In this document: positions 38,927 to 48,466 of the stretch, one piece after another
Numbering within the stretch: position 1 is the first letter of the stretch
Layout of the letters: every line of letters starts with the position of its first letter
Sequence record: NC_042136.1
Direction: 5' to 3' (one strand)
Length of the DNA: 64,000 nt
Translations under genes and position numbers: made by a program
Notes under the pieces: model-generated
The model's input: the letters and a program-made list of their open reading frames with translations, nothing else
Told to the model about the DNA's origin: nothing
Database searches by the model: none

Positions 38927-39902
38927 AAAACAACCGGTAGTAGAAACCAAAGTGGAAGAAACGACGGTTGAAGAAACCACTATTGTAGAAACAACACAGG
39001 AGTCGACAGATGTTCCCGAAACTGATGTTGTCGATCACACTGAAGCTGATTCCGTGTCCGATGAAGACGACGAAGACATTATCCCAGAAAACGATGAGTA
39101 TGAGTATCTGCAACGAGTTGAAGTTAGCAGTGAAAAACACCAAGCTCGTCTAAAAGAAGATTTTGGTTGGATCGGTAATTTGAAGATTGAAGATGTAGAC
39201 GGACAACGCGCCATTCGTGATGAGTCTGGTACTTACATCATTTCTGATGCTTCCATTACGGAAAGTGCTTTTGTCCAACGTTGGCTTGATCAGTTCGCTC
39301 TAGGTTATGTTGGGACGTCTAACTACTTTGACGCTACCACATGGGGTAAGCTCACACACGGTCATCAACGTGGTGTCGTGGTTACTGACGACGAAGGTAA
39401 ACCACTATTCGTTATTCCACCGTTATCTCGTGCACCTTTCACACCTACGGAACAATACGTGTTAGATTTGGCACATAAGTCTTACACTAACGCGGCAAGT
39501 GCAGAAGAAACAGGTGATACACACCGTGCTCAAGAAATCATCACACAGACTTCTAGCCTGATCAAACAACATATCAGTGATGAGTCGGTGACGGTAACTG
39601 ATTTGATTCCAGATTGGTTCTATGAAAAATACCACGTCGTACCATACATTAAGCGTTCTCTTGTTTATTGTCGTGATATCTATGGTTTGAACCCAGCGTT
39701 CCATGCGGACTGGGAAATGGCAGAAGGTATCTTCACAGACATTTACAAACGTCGTGCACTATCCGAATACCAACTTCGTTTCATGGAAATCCTAACTTCC
39801 GGTGAATGGACACCGCCAGAATACGAAGTGGTGGAAGATCTCGGTAATCCGCAACCGCGTGTACCATCTAACAGTACGGACTTTGATCCTTTTGATAACT
39901 GA
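38904..39902 (+). CDS. Hypothetical protein with acidic N-terminus, 332 aa
   Basis: Start moved to the ATG at 38904 behind an AAGGA RBS. Confidence 0.7.
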   Translation: MQKQDKTKKQPVVETKVEETTVEETTIVETTQESTDVPETDVVDHTEADSVSDEDDEDIIPENDEYEYLQRVEVSSEKHQARLKEDFGWIGNLKIEDVDGQRAIRDESGTYIISDASITESAFVQRWLDQFALGYVGTSNYFDATTWGKLTHGHQRGVVVTDDEGKPLFVIPPLSRAPFTPTEQYVLDLAHKSYTNAASAEETGDTHRAQEIITQTSSLIKQHISDESVTVTDLIPDWFYEKYHVVPYIKRSLVYCRDIYGLNPAFHADWEMAEGIFTDIYKRRALSEYQLRFMEILTSGEWTPPEYEVVEDLGNPQPRVPSNSTDFDPFDN

Positions 39903-39906
39903 TTAG

Positions 39907-41049
39907 TTGGAAGTTAAATTTATGAAAAATGACCACTTGTTTGGGTTGTGGTTTAGTGATCAACACACACTGCACAACAATACACCAACGCAACATGTGT
40001 TGTATAACGCGAGTCAATTCCTGACCCGTAGTCACAATCTAGAAGAAGTGGACCTCGTCGTATTTGGAGGGGACTTCTACGATCGACTCGTAGATACATC
40101 TCACCCTGATATGCGAGCGACTCAACACTGGATACGTGATTTCTTATTGGAATGTTTGAAGCACAACGTGATTGTGAGGGTGCTTGAAGGTACATCGTCG
40201 CATGACCGTGAACAACCTGAGAACTTCATCGTCCAGTGTCCGGAAGGTCTTAACCTTAAATGGGTGAAAGAGCTCTCCTATGAACGCATAGACGAGTTAG
40301 GGATCGATATGATCTATGTACCCGACAACATGGGTGGTGTAAGTCCTGATACGATTTGGGACCGTACCTTGGCATTGCTGACCGACAACGGGGTTAGTAA
40401 AGTAGACTATGTTTGGTTCCATGGTGCTTTTGAATATCAGATCCCTCTTAAATTTAGCAAACACTCACATTCCGAAGTAAAATGGCAATCCATCGTCAAA
40501 CGTAATTTGTTTGCGGGACATGTCCACATCCCTTCGGAGTACGGTAAAATCCGTGTTAGTGGTTCTTTTGATCGCACTCGCCATGGGGAAGAACATCCTA
40601 AAGGCGGTTATGAGTTCTGGTGGGATCCTAAGTCGGATTGGTGTGATACCAAGTTCTGGGAGAACAAAAACGCCCTTCCTTATTACCGTGTATTGCAACA
40701 CCCGGATGACACCAATGATGAATTACTGGATCGTGTGAACCAAGTAATTCAGTTGAAGAAACCTCAACCTAAATCTCGTATACAAATACGTGGTAGAAAT
40801 GGGGCGTTAATAAAAGGTGTCACGGAATACTTGCAAGCCACTTATCCTGATCTGTTCTTCGACATTGATTCTTCTAGTCAGATGGAGAAAGAGATTTCCC
40901 AAGACACAGTAAACGATTTGACCTACGAAGGGGTTGACATCAATGAACACAATTATTGTGATCATTTGGTACAGTTCATGACTGGGACTGAAAAGTATAC
41001 TGCTGAAGAAATAAGTGAAACCGCAGAATTATTGAAGGAGTTCTTATGA
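39907..41049 (+). CDS. SbcD/Mre11-like metallophosphoesterase nuclease
   Basis: SDQH, GGDFYD, GTSSHD, FHG and GHVH metal-binding motifs; ATG at 39922 is an alternative start. Confidence 0.88.
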   Translation: MEVKFMKNDHLFGLWFSDQHTLHNNTPTQHVLYNASQFLTRSHNLEEVDLVVFGGDFYDRLVDTSHPDMRATQHWIRDFLLECLKHNVIVRVLEGTSSHDREQPENFIVQCPEGLNLKWVKELSYERIDELGIDMIYVPDNMGGVSPDTIWDRTLALLTDNGVSKVDYVWFHGAFEYQIPLKFSKHSHSEVKWQSIVKRNLFAGHVHIPSEYGKIRVSGSFDRTRHGEEHPKGGYEFWWDPKSDWCDTKFWENKNALPYYRVLQHPDDTNDELLDRVNQVIQLKKPQPKSRIQIRGRNGALIKGVTEYLQATYPDLFFDIDSSSQMEKEISQDTVNDLTYEGVDINEHNYCDHLVQFMTGTEKYTAEEISETAELLKEFL

Positions 41050-41834
41050 GAGAACTTGGGGAACTAGGGATGTCCTACGGGACATCCATGGCTTTTGAAA
41101 CGGATGAAGCCAAACACGCCATCCCGTTAGCAGATACGTTGTTGATCAATCTACGGACGCTGGTTCGTAATGTTCATAACGCCTACCCTACGGACGATCC
41201 ATTGAACGACGACATGGACTCTTTATCAGCGGCTTTATTAGAGGACGTTAAAATCATCGCCAGTAGTTTGGCTGAGATTTCACCTCGTAAAGCCATTCAT
41301 GTAGAGATCTACTACCCGTCGTACAAATCAATGAAGTCGAAGTTTCCACACGCCGATTTGTGGACACCTCGCACACCTAAGCAAATAGCTCTAAACACCT
41401 TGTTAGAAAGTGTTGCTAAAGCATTCATAAAAGAATACCCTAGTCTGGTCACCTTGACGGATTGTGGTATGCCTGAGTTCAAGGGCAAGGGTTTGGTGAT
41501 CACTCATCACGTAGTGGACTTGGTATTGACTGAGTCTTGGTCACGTCTAAACCTACTCGAATCTCAAACCGGTGCCGTTAAACCATATTTGATGTGGTAC
41601 ACCAAACTCACCGGCAGTGGTAATGAAAACATTCCACTCAACAAAATGACCATACAAGTCTTCGGCGATAAATCTACGAACTTCTTTGGGCAAAAAGCCT
41701 CCATAAAGAAACTCGTTAAGGATTTAGCGGATAAAGCGAATTGGACCTCCGCGACCACACCACAACGTGCTCGTAATTCAGTCACCACGTATTTGACTGG
41801 TGTCGATAAAGAAGGGCTGTTGTTGTTCTGGTAA
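41046..41834 (+). CDS. Conserved core protein, possibly a 5'-nuclease/PIN-like fold, 262 aa
   Basis: ATGA overlap with the nuclease gene; D-x-x-L-I-N-L-R-T-L and V-F-G-D motifs are loosely FEN/PIN-like. Confidence 0.45.
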   Translation: MRELGELGMSYGTSMAFETDEAKHAIPLADTLLINLRTLVRNVHNAYPTDDPLNDDMDSLSAALLEDVKIIASSLAEISPRKAIHVEIYYPSYKSMKSKFPHADLWTPRTPKQIALNTLLESVAKAFIKEYPSLVTLTDCGMPEFKGKGLVITHHVVDLVLTESWSRLNLLESQTGAVKPYLMWYTKLTGSGNENIPLNKMTIQVFGDKSTNFFGQKASIKKLVKDLADKANWTSATTPQRARNSVTTYLTGVDKEGLLLFW

Positions 41835-41906
41835 CTCATCACCAGAGTGACCAACTATTAGCGCAAAAGAATTTTTAATCAAACTAATTTAAAAAGGTAG
41901 ATCAAC

Positions 41907-42641
41907 ATGTCACAACCACAAGGCAATGCTCGTCAAAAAACTATTTTCAACGACTTCTACGGCGTACACCCTACTACACTACAACCAGTAGAAGGTGCTA
42001 AGTTCCCGGGTCAAATGCTTTGGGAAATTGCGAACAACGGTAAAATCCTGTTCAAAGCCGACGATAAACGTTACAACCCTAACGACCAACAAGCGTACAA
42101 AAAGAAAGAATGTGAAATGGGCTACGGCGACCGTAACGCAATCTTTGAACTGTTGCTAGAAGCAGCCTCTGATCCAACGTTCACTAAAGCGCAGTACACG
42201 GTTAAGAAACGTTCATTCATCCGTCAAAACGGTCAATCTAAAATGTCTGACCAACCTATCGCTCAAGGTCAGTTCACTATTATCCGTGACCAACAAGGCG
42301 TGGTGTCACTAGGCTACTCTCGTGGTGATTACAAAATCCTGTTCACGTTTGACCGCCCGGGATTCTCTGAACTTAACTTCTTCGAAAACGGCGAATGGGT
42401 TTCAGGTGCTGGTCGTATGTCCCAAATCTGGGTACGTTCTTACGTTAACCGTGTTCGTAAATTCCTAGACCAGAAAGAAGACGAAAACTACCAACCACCA
42501 AAACCTAAGAATGGCGGTGGTAACAACAACTGGGGTGGTAACAACAACGGTAACGGCGGAAACGGTGGCGGTAATAATAACAACGGCGGTTGGGGTGACT
42601 CTAACAGCGGTAGTGACGATTACGACGACATCCCGTTCTAA
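41907..42641 (+). CDS. SSB-like protein with Gly/Asn linker and DDYDDIPF tail, 244 aa
   Basis: C-terminus closely matches the bacterial SSB tail (DFDDDIPF) after a low-complexity linker. Confidence 0.55.
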   Translation: MSQPQGNARQKTIFNDFYGVHPTTLQPVEGAKFPGQMLWEIANNGKILFKADDKRYNPNDQQAYKKKECEMGYGDRNAIFELLLEAASDPTFTKAQYTVKKRSFIRQNGQSKMSDQPIAQGQFTIIRDQQGVVSLGYSRGDYKILFTFDRPGFSELNFFENGEWVSGAGRMSQIWVRSYVNRVRKFLDQKEDENYQPPKPKNGGGNNNWGGNNNGNGGNGGGNNNNGGWGDSNSGSDDYDDIPF

Positions 42642-42716
42642 TCAATCATAATCCAATACAGGGAGAGGTCTCGCGACCTCTCCCCGGTTTTCTATGTCGT
42701 TAAATTTTTTCAAATC

Positions 42717-42732
42717 TATATTATCTTGGTGT
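42717..42732 (+). promoter_or_regulatory. Early promoter motif
   Basis: TATATTAT-ctt-GGTGT after the terminator hairpin at 42661-42684. Confidence 0.7.
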
Positions 42733-42751
42733 AATCCATAGGAGATTAAAA

Positions 42752-44326
42752 ATGGAAATCGCTATAACCAACGCCACCATATCTCAATTCAAAGGAGTTA
42801 TGGTTACTCATGGGCAGGAATCAGTAAGTTTCGCTGCTCATTCCAAAACTCATTGCGGGACCACCAAAGATAACCTGTTTGAAACAGTTAATGAATATTT
42901 CGGTTCATTGTCTGAATCTAAACAACTGGAGATCTTTAAACAATTCCAGAAAGCCAAGAGTATTTTAGATCCAGCTTTTGCTGACGCGGAAGGTATTGAT
43001 GATGAACTCCTACGTAATCATCGAGACTATCGTTTTCTGATAGACCGACTATCACCGGTAGTTAGAAACATTTATCAACTCATCGATTTACGTAACTATA
43101 CGTATTTCTTAAAACAATCAGGCGTGTGTGCACCACCTAAGGGTTTAAAGGAAACCGTCGCTCGTGGCGAATACCATGCTGAACAAACCATCAACCCAAC
43201 GGAATATGAACAGATCGCAGAACTCGCTTTGTTGATGCGACCTTGTTTTCCTATATTCTCAGGGATGATGCAAAAATCTAAAGAGATCACCGGGGACGAA
43301 TATAAAGAAGTCGTTACCGCGGGATTGTTCAAAGATATGGATGTGTTCGTTAACCACCATGGTTGGAACAAAATTCGTAACTACATGAACTACTTTTATT
43401 CCAGTAATGGAGTAAACTCATTACAGCTATCTTTGATCTCTGAAGACTCCTACGTCAACCATGCTTTTTATTCAGCGTTATTCAGTCGTCTAGGTTCAAC
43501 TCATATCCCATCGAAAGACAATTCGAAGAACATCGCTAAGTCGTTGTATTCCGTAGCGAAACAATACTCAGCACCTTCGTCTCGTATTCGTGAGAAACGA
43601 TTGACCGCTAAAGATGAAATGAATGAAAAGCGAAGTTTGTATGAGATCTACTTCCTTAAAGAAGAAGTGAGCTCAGCAGACGAAGAAGCCCACGGTGAGT
43701 ATTTCTCGATGGGTCTATTTGATAACACTGATCGTCGTCTTACTGAAGGGGTATTCGACATTCCTTGTATGGGATTAAAGATCAAGAACACGAAGTTAGT
43801 AGAGTGGGTCTATGATCAGATTCCGAGTAACTGGGAATTCGAACTGCAACCCCATATCTTTAAACTGTTACAACTGGCTTTCGTAGAAGGGATTTCTTAC
43901 AACATCTATTTGTCATTAGATCACGACCAGCTCATGGCGGCTATGTCGCTTGCCACGGTCAAACTGCATGAGATGGGTTACACTAAACTTGCCACATTGG
44001 TGTGCACGGTATATGACCCAGAACAACCTCGTAGTTTGACTGATGAGATCTTTGCACTCGATGCAGCAGATAAAGAAATGTTGGAAAGTTTGTGTGCGGT
44101 CTATCGTGGGACCTCTGGGTTATCTACGGATAACGAAGCGGTAATCTCCGCGAATGAGTTCCTAAAAGAACTTGGGAACGGACAATGGTCTTCTATTATC
44201 GAAGACGGGATGTTAGACGACCCTGAAGTCATGCGAAATGCAGACCAAGGTGATTTGTTTGAAGTCGAACTTGATCGTTCACTCAAACAAGAGTTTTTAA
44301 ATCTAGTTAAAGAAGTGAACTCTTAG
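42752..44326 (+). CDS. nvRNAP promoter-specificity subunit (phiKZ gp68-like), 524 aa
   Basis: Size, helical character and position two genes after the SbcD-like gene's neighbour, ahead of the gp69/70-like genes and nvRNAP beta. Confidence 0.7.
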   Translation: MEIAITNATISQFKGVMVTHGQESVSFAAHSKTHCGTTKDNLFETVNEYFGSLSESKQLEIFKQFQKAKSILDPAFADAEGIDDELLRNHRDYRFLIDRLSPVVRNIYQLIDLRNYTYFLKQSGVCAPPKGLKETVARGEYHAEQTINPTEYEQIAELALLMRPCFPIFSGMMQKSKEITGDEYKEVVTAGLFKDMDVFVNHHGWNKIRNYMNYFYSSNGVNSLQLSLISEDSYVNHAFYSALFSRLGSTHIPSKDNSKNIAKSLYSVAKQYSAPSSRIREKRLTAKDEMNEKRSLYEIYFLKEEVSSADEEAHGEYFSMGLFDNTDRRLTEGVFDIPCMGLKIKNTKLVEWVYDQIPSNWEFELQPHIFKLLQLAFVEGISYNIYLSLDHDQLMAAMSLATVKLHEMGYTKLATLVCTVYDPEQPRSLTDEIFALDAADKEMLESLCAVYRGTSGLSTDNEAVISANEFLKELGNGQWSSIIEDGMLDDPEVMRNADQGDLFEVELDRSLKQEFLNLVKEVNS

Positions 44327-44375
44327 TTCACTTTTTCATTAAACGTTATATCAACGAAATATTAAGGAATTTTCC

Positions 44376-45845
44376 ATGGCTACTCTTACTCTTACACAAG
44401 CTGTTGTAGGTCTATCTAACTCTTACCAACAACATCAACTACGTGCACATGCTGTAAACGTTGATGCTTCGGACATGAATGAATTGCTGGCAGCTCGTCT
44501 AGGTAATACGAGTAAAGTTGCGCCAGTTCAAATGCATGAGATCGCCAGTCGTTCTGGTGGCGTTGCGACACAATCAGGTGGTGCTGCGTTTATCGAAGAC
44601 GGTTGGGCTGAGTCTCGTGGCCTTGCAACATTGGAATTTGAAATCACTGGCGCGTCTCCAGTACAATCTCAAACATTAACCGTATACGGTTACATGCATG
44701 GCGGTTCACCAACTATGATGGGTGGTCAACTTCCACCTGACATCAAGTTCGTTCCAGTTAAAATGTGGTTGATGGAAACTCAAGCCTCTATGGATGGTTC
44801 TGGCTTCCCAGTAGAAACACGTCGTATGAACCAAGCGGGTCAATTCTTGCTGAATGACAACAGTATGATGCAAGGTCTCCACACGGTACGTCCTATGGAT
44901 GTGGTTAACTCGGTATCTGCTTTAGCCGCATTTGATAACGAAGATGTACCGGGAGGTGGTCTAGACGGATTTGGTGGTGCAACATCAGGTCTGCTTTCAA
45001 CAGTAGGTATGAACATCAGTAAATCCACCAACAACTCTACGGTGGATTACGCAGAGACCATCTTAACCGCGGCGACTACCGCATCTTTTGAACGCGAGTA
45101 TGCAGGAGACCGTTATTCAGCAATATGCGCAGCAACTGGTGGTAACTCTATTAAAGAGATCTCATTAGAGCAAAACCCATTCATTAAAGTGATGCGTCGT
45201 ACTTTGGGTTATGTACAAATGAACGGCTTCGATGGCTTCACACTTGGTGAGATCGCTACGGTATTTGAAAACTTTGGTCAAGTTACTAACGTTATGTTGA
45301 CTGATACCGATTCTTTCAATGTGATCGACCACCGTTACAACTCTAACGAGATGAATGGTTCTACTTACGAAACCTTAATCTGTTCAGAACTAAACAACCT
45401 AGCTAACGCGATGATGAACGATTACCGTTTGTCTTACTTCCACATTCGTGCTTCAAACAACGTTCAAGACGGTATGGGTCAAATCATGGTAAACGACCTA
45501 CCAGTTGCTTACCAGCTTGGTGAATCTGCTCCGATTGCATCTAAAGACCCAGATTGGCAGTTTAATGCTACGTCGGGTGTAGAGGCCTTCCTAGCGAACT
45601 TCTACGCCAAGTACAACTCTGCACTTATCCACGAACGTACCATCGTTGATTTCGAAATCAACGCTTCATTGTTTGGCGAGACCGAAGTACACGTTGCTTT
45701 GTCTGGACAACAAAACAATGTTCATAAAGAAGTCTTTGGTACTATGGCGGGTAACCGTTTTGATCCTACCTTGGTAACCACCGAAGGTCTAGGTCAATCC
45801 GTAAACGGTTTTTACTCTAACCTAGTTAACTACATGAATTTCTAA
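44376..45845 (+). CDS. picA: Nuclear protein import factor PicA/Imp1 (phiKZ gp69-like), 489 aa
   Basis: Immediately after the gp68-like gene in the chimallivirus core block; called by synteny, not by alignment. Confidence 0.6.
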   Translation: MATLTLTQAVVGLSNSYQQHQLRAHAVNVDASDMNELLAARLGNTSKVAPVQMHEIASRSGGVATQSGGAAFIEDGWAESRGLATLEFEITGASPVQSQTLTVYGYMHGGSPTMMGGQLPPDIKFVPVKMWLMETQASMDGSGFPVETRRMNQAGQFLLNDNSMMQGLHTVRPMDVVNSVSALAAFDNEDVPGGGLDGFGGATSGLLSTVGMNISKSTNNSTVDYAETILTAATTASFEREYAGDRYSAICAATGGNSIKEISLEQNPFIKVMRRTLGYVQMNGFDGFTLGEIATVFENFGQVTNVMLTDTDSFNVIDHRYNSNEMNGSTYETLICSELNNLANAMMNDYRLSYFHIRASNNVQDGMGQIMVNDLPVAYQLGESAPIASKDPDWQFNATSGVEAFLANFYAKYNSALIHERTIVDFEINASLFGETEVHVALSGQQNNVHKEVFGTMAGNRFDPTLVTTEGLGQSVNGFYSNLVNYMNF

Positions 45846-45932
45846 CCCCATCGGTCGTAGTAGAAGAAAGCGCGCTCGGACACTACGACTTTTTATCCCA
45901 TCATTATTGATCAATATAAAGGAAATTTCCAA

Positions 45933-47345
45933 ATGAACGAACTGAATAAATTGTACGTTGCTATTACTCGTACTTGGAACGCTACCCATGATGAAGACGG
46001 TAAGCTTTCACTAGAACTCGATGGTAACTCTTACCCTATCCGTCTGGATGACATGGACGTTTACCTACCGTTTAACTCTGCGCTAGAATCCGACACGACA
46101 GAAAAAGTATTCTTCCACCCAGCGTGTGAGTCTATTATTTCTAAAGAAACGGAAATCTTCCGCATCATTCGTAAAATGGCTGGTCTGCAAATCTTGACAC
46201 ACTTCAAGAAGTTTGCTCCGGTGTTATTCGATGTTGCTAACAAGAAAGCAAAACGTGGTCTACGTAATGACTTACTAGAACGCATCGAAGTTATCAAAAC
46301 AGCGAAAACCAACCAGCGTAAAGAAGTTATCCAAATCTTCGATCACATGAACGTAGAGATGGAAGCTGAAGATAATCTAGATCGTCGCTTCGTACACTTC
46401 GATATTAAACGTGGTGGTCGTAGTAAGTTGACTGGTGAGAAAATCTACTACAGCTGTAAACCGATCTTCCCGTTCTACAACGAATTGGTGCGTCGTCTAA
46501 CTCGTACCGAAGGTGAAGCGGGTAATCGTCCTGTGAAACTGTTGGGTAAAGAGTTTACTCGTGGCGCTTTGGTCGTGGCTGAAGAAATCTTCCGTTTTGT
46601 GTTACCGGGTGTGGAGGATCCATTGGCGTACGAACAAGAACAAATGACCGCAGAAGCTGCGCGTTTTGTGGTATTTGTGAATACGTACACTACAATGATC
46701 AGTGACATGAACAACCTACAAAACACGTTCCGTTCGGAATTTGATAAAGTGGGTGTTTACGAAATTGATACTTCTTACACCGCACTGCTAGAAGACATCG
46801 ATGTACTCTACAAACAAGTTCCACCAATGGCGTATAATTCTCAGTCTTCTAATACCGAAGTGAAGACCGAAGTTCAAACACACCAAATGGTAAACTCGTT
46901 GATGAATCAAACATCACACGTTACCAGTAACGTTACACCATCTAGCGTGCAACAACAAACTCAGATGGTAGATAACGCAACGAATGCAGCGAACGGTTTT
47001 GTTAACGAAGTTAAAGCCAGTCTGCAACCGGGTGAAACATGGATCGGTGTGACACAAGAGCCTGTCTCTGGTCATTTCATCCACTCCATCCAAACCATGC
47101 AAGGCCCTGTTCAGATCCGTTACTCACGTCAAGGTAACTTTTTGAGCCGTGAGTCTAGCATGATGGCTGGTATGGGTGGTATGAACAACATGAACCCATA
47201 CGGCTACAACATGCAACAGATGCAACTAGCTGCTATGTTATCTGGTAACATGAATCCTGCGGTAGCGGGTCAACCTACTTACCAACAACCAGTGAGTGCA
47301 ACTGGCACTTACCACCCAACAACTGAAGCAGCATCAACTTGGTAA
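45933..47345 (+). CDS. Conserved core protein (phiKZ gp70-like), 470 aa
   Basis: Synteny; FFHPACES motif; Gln/Met-rich disordered C-terminus. Confidence 0.65.
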   Translation: MNELNKLYVAITRTWNATHDEDGKLSLELDGNSYPIRLDDMDVYLPFNSALESDTTEKVFFHPACESIISKETEIFRIIRKMAGLQILTHFKKFAPVLFDVANKKAKRGLRNDLLERIEVIKTAKTNQRKEVIQIFDHMNVEMEAEDNLDRRFVHFDIKRGGRSKLTGEKIYYSCKPIFPFYNELVRRLTRTEGEAGNRPVKLLGKEFTRGALVVAEEIFRFVLPGVEDPLAYEQEQMTAEAARFVVFVNTYTTMISDMNNLQNTFRSEFDKVGVYEIDTSYTALLEDIDVLYKQVPPMAYNSQSSNTEVKTEVQTHQMVNSLMNQTSHVTSNVTPSSVQQQTQMVDNATNAANGFVNEVKASLQPGETWIGVTQEPVSGHFIHSIQTMQGPVQIRYSRQGNFLSRESSMMAGMGGMNNMNPYGYNMQQMQLAAMLSGNMNPAVAGQPTYQQPVSATGTYHPTTEAASTW

Positions 47346-47408
47346 TACCTTTAGGTCGTCCTCGAAAGGGGACGACCGCCTTATTCAACCTTTTAGGAGA
47401 TTTACATC

Positions 47409-48029
47409 ATGGCGTTTAAGAAACTAACTAGCGCAGAGATCCGCGCATTAGACGAAGATCAATTAGAAGCTTACTTGGAGCAAGTCGCTATCCACGACCC
47501 ATTTGACTGGGATAAATACATTGAAGAGAACAAAGTAGAACGTCCTATCCGTAAACCTAACTACCGTCCTACGGAATTAGATGAAGAAGACCCTAACGCA
47601 GTCTACACACTCTTCGCGGCTTCTATTAGCGAATTAGACAAAGCAGGTGTGACTGGACGAGAAGTAATTGAGCACGTTAATGCTCTCATCGAGAAAGATG
47701 AAGCTTACGCCACATTAGGTTATGTTCCTCCTATTGAACGCATCTATTACGAGAACACCAAAAACGGCATTACCGGTTACGGGAATATGATTCGCAACTA
47801 TTCCAACCTAAACCCAAAACACATTGGTGTCAAGATCCACGGTATTCGTATGACCGGTCGTGGGATTCATGTGGATTTTCTTCCTCATGGACCTAAAGCT
47901 GGTGTGGTGGAAAACTGGATTAAAACCGAAAATCTCTCTTTCCGTTTCTACTTACGAGTAGGACTAAATGTTGATCTAGAGCCTCAATTCATCACTTTCG
48001 ATTTGGACCGAGAAATCTTCTTACCTTAA
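47409..48029 (+). CDS. Hypothetical protein, 206 aa
   Basis: AGGAG RBS; flanked by terminator hairpins. Confidence 0.7.
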   Translation: MAFKKLTSAEIRALDEDQLEAYLEQVAIHDPFDWDKYIEENKVERPIRKPNYRPTELDEEDPNAVYTLFAASISELDKAGVTGREVIEHVNALIEKDEAYATLGYVPPIERIYYENTKNGITGYGNMIRNYSNLNPKHIGVKIHGIRMTGRGIHVDFLPHGPKAGVVENWIKTENLSFRFYLRVGLNVDLEPQFITFDLDREIFLP

Positions 48030-48071
48030 ATAAGCACCTACCCCCATGTCGGGGGTAGGTACTCATTATCA

Positions 48072-48416
48072 TTATTTTTTGCGGATCAGGTTAGTACGTT
48101 GTATTAATTTATTAATAACTGCGGTGTCAACTATTAGGACTTCTTTCATATCACCTACGTAATCACTAGGGTTTTCTACATCGTTTAAAAAGGCGATGGT
48201 CCAGTGCATATGTTGAGGTACTTTAAAAGATTCTAATATCAATCGATAGAAGTCGTATCGGTGGGCGTGCTGGAAACTGATATCCGTAATGGGATAACTG
48301 CCAGCGACGGACAACAAATATTCTTTATTAGAACGAATCATGACACGGTATTCGTCTGTAAAGAACTGGTCCATTGGAGGTGGTAGATCAATAGCCATTT
48401 TCCTATACCTTTTCAA
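48072..48416 (-). CDS. Conserved small protein divergent from nvRNAP beta, up to 114 aa
   Basis: Likely start MAIDL at 48398; shares a terminator with ORF 47409. Confidence 0.6.
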   Translation of the reverse strand: MKRYRKMAIDLPPPMDQFFTDEYRVMIRSNKEYLLSVAGSYPITDISFQHAHRYDFYRLILESFKVPQHMHWTIAFLNDVENPSDYVGDMKEVLIVDTAVINKLIQRTNLIRKK

Positions 48417-48419
48417 ACC

Positions 48420-48435
48420 TATATTATCAGGGTGT
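48420..48435 (+). promoter_or_regulatory. Early promoter motif of nvRNAP beta
   Basis: TATATTAT-cag-GGTGT. Confidence 0.7.
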
Positions 48436-48466
48436 GAACCAACCTAAATATCTAAGGGTAGTCCAA

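Noticed and set aside
42510-42610. GGT/AAC tandem repeats
   Set aside because: Explained by the Gly/Asn linker codons of the SSB-like protein
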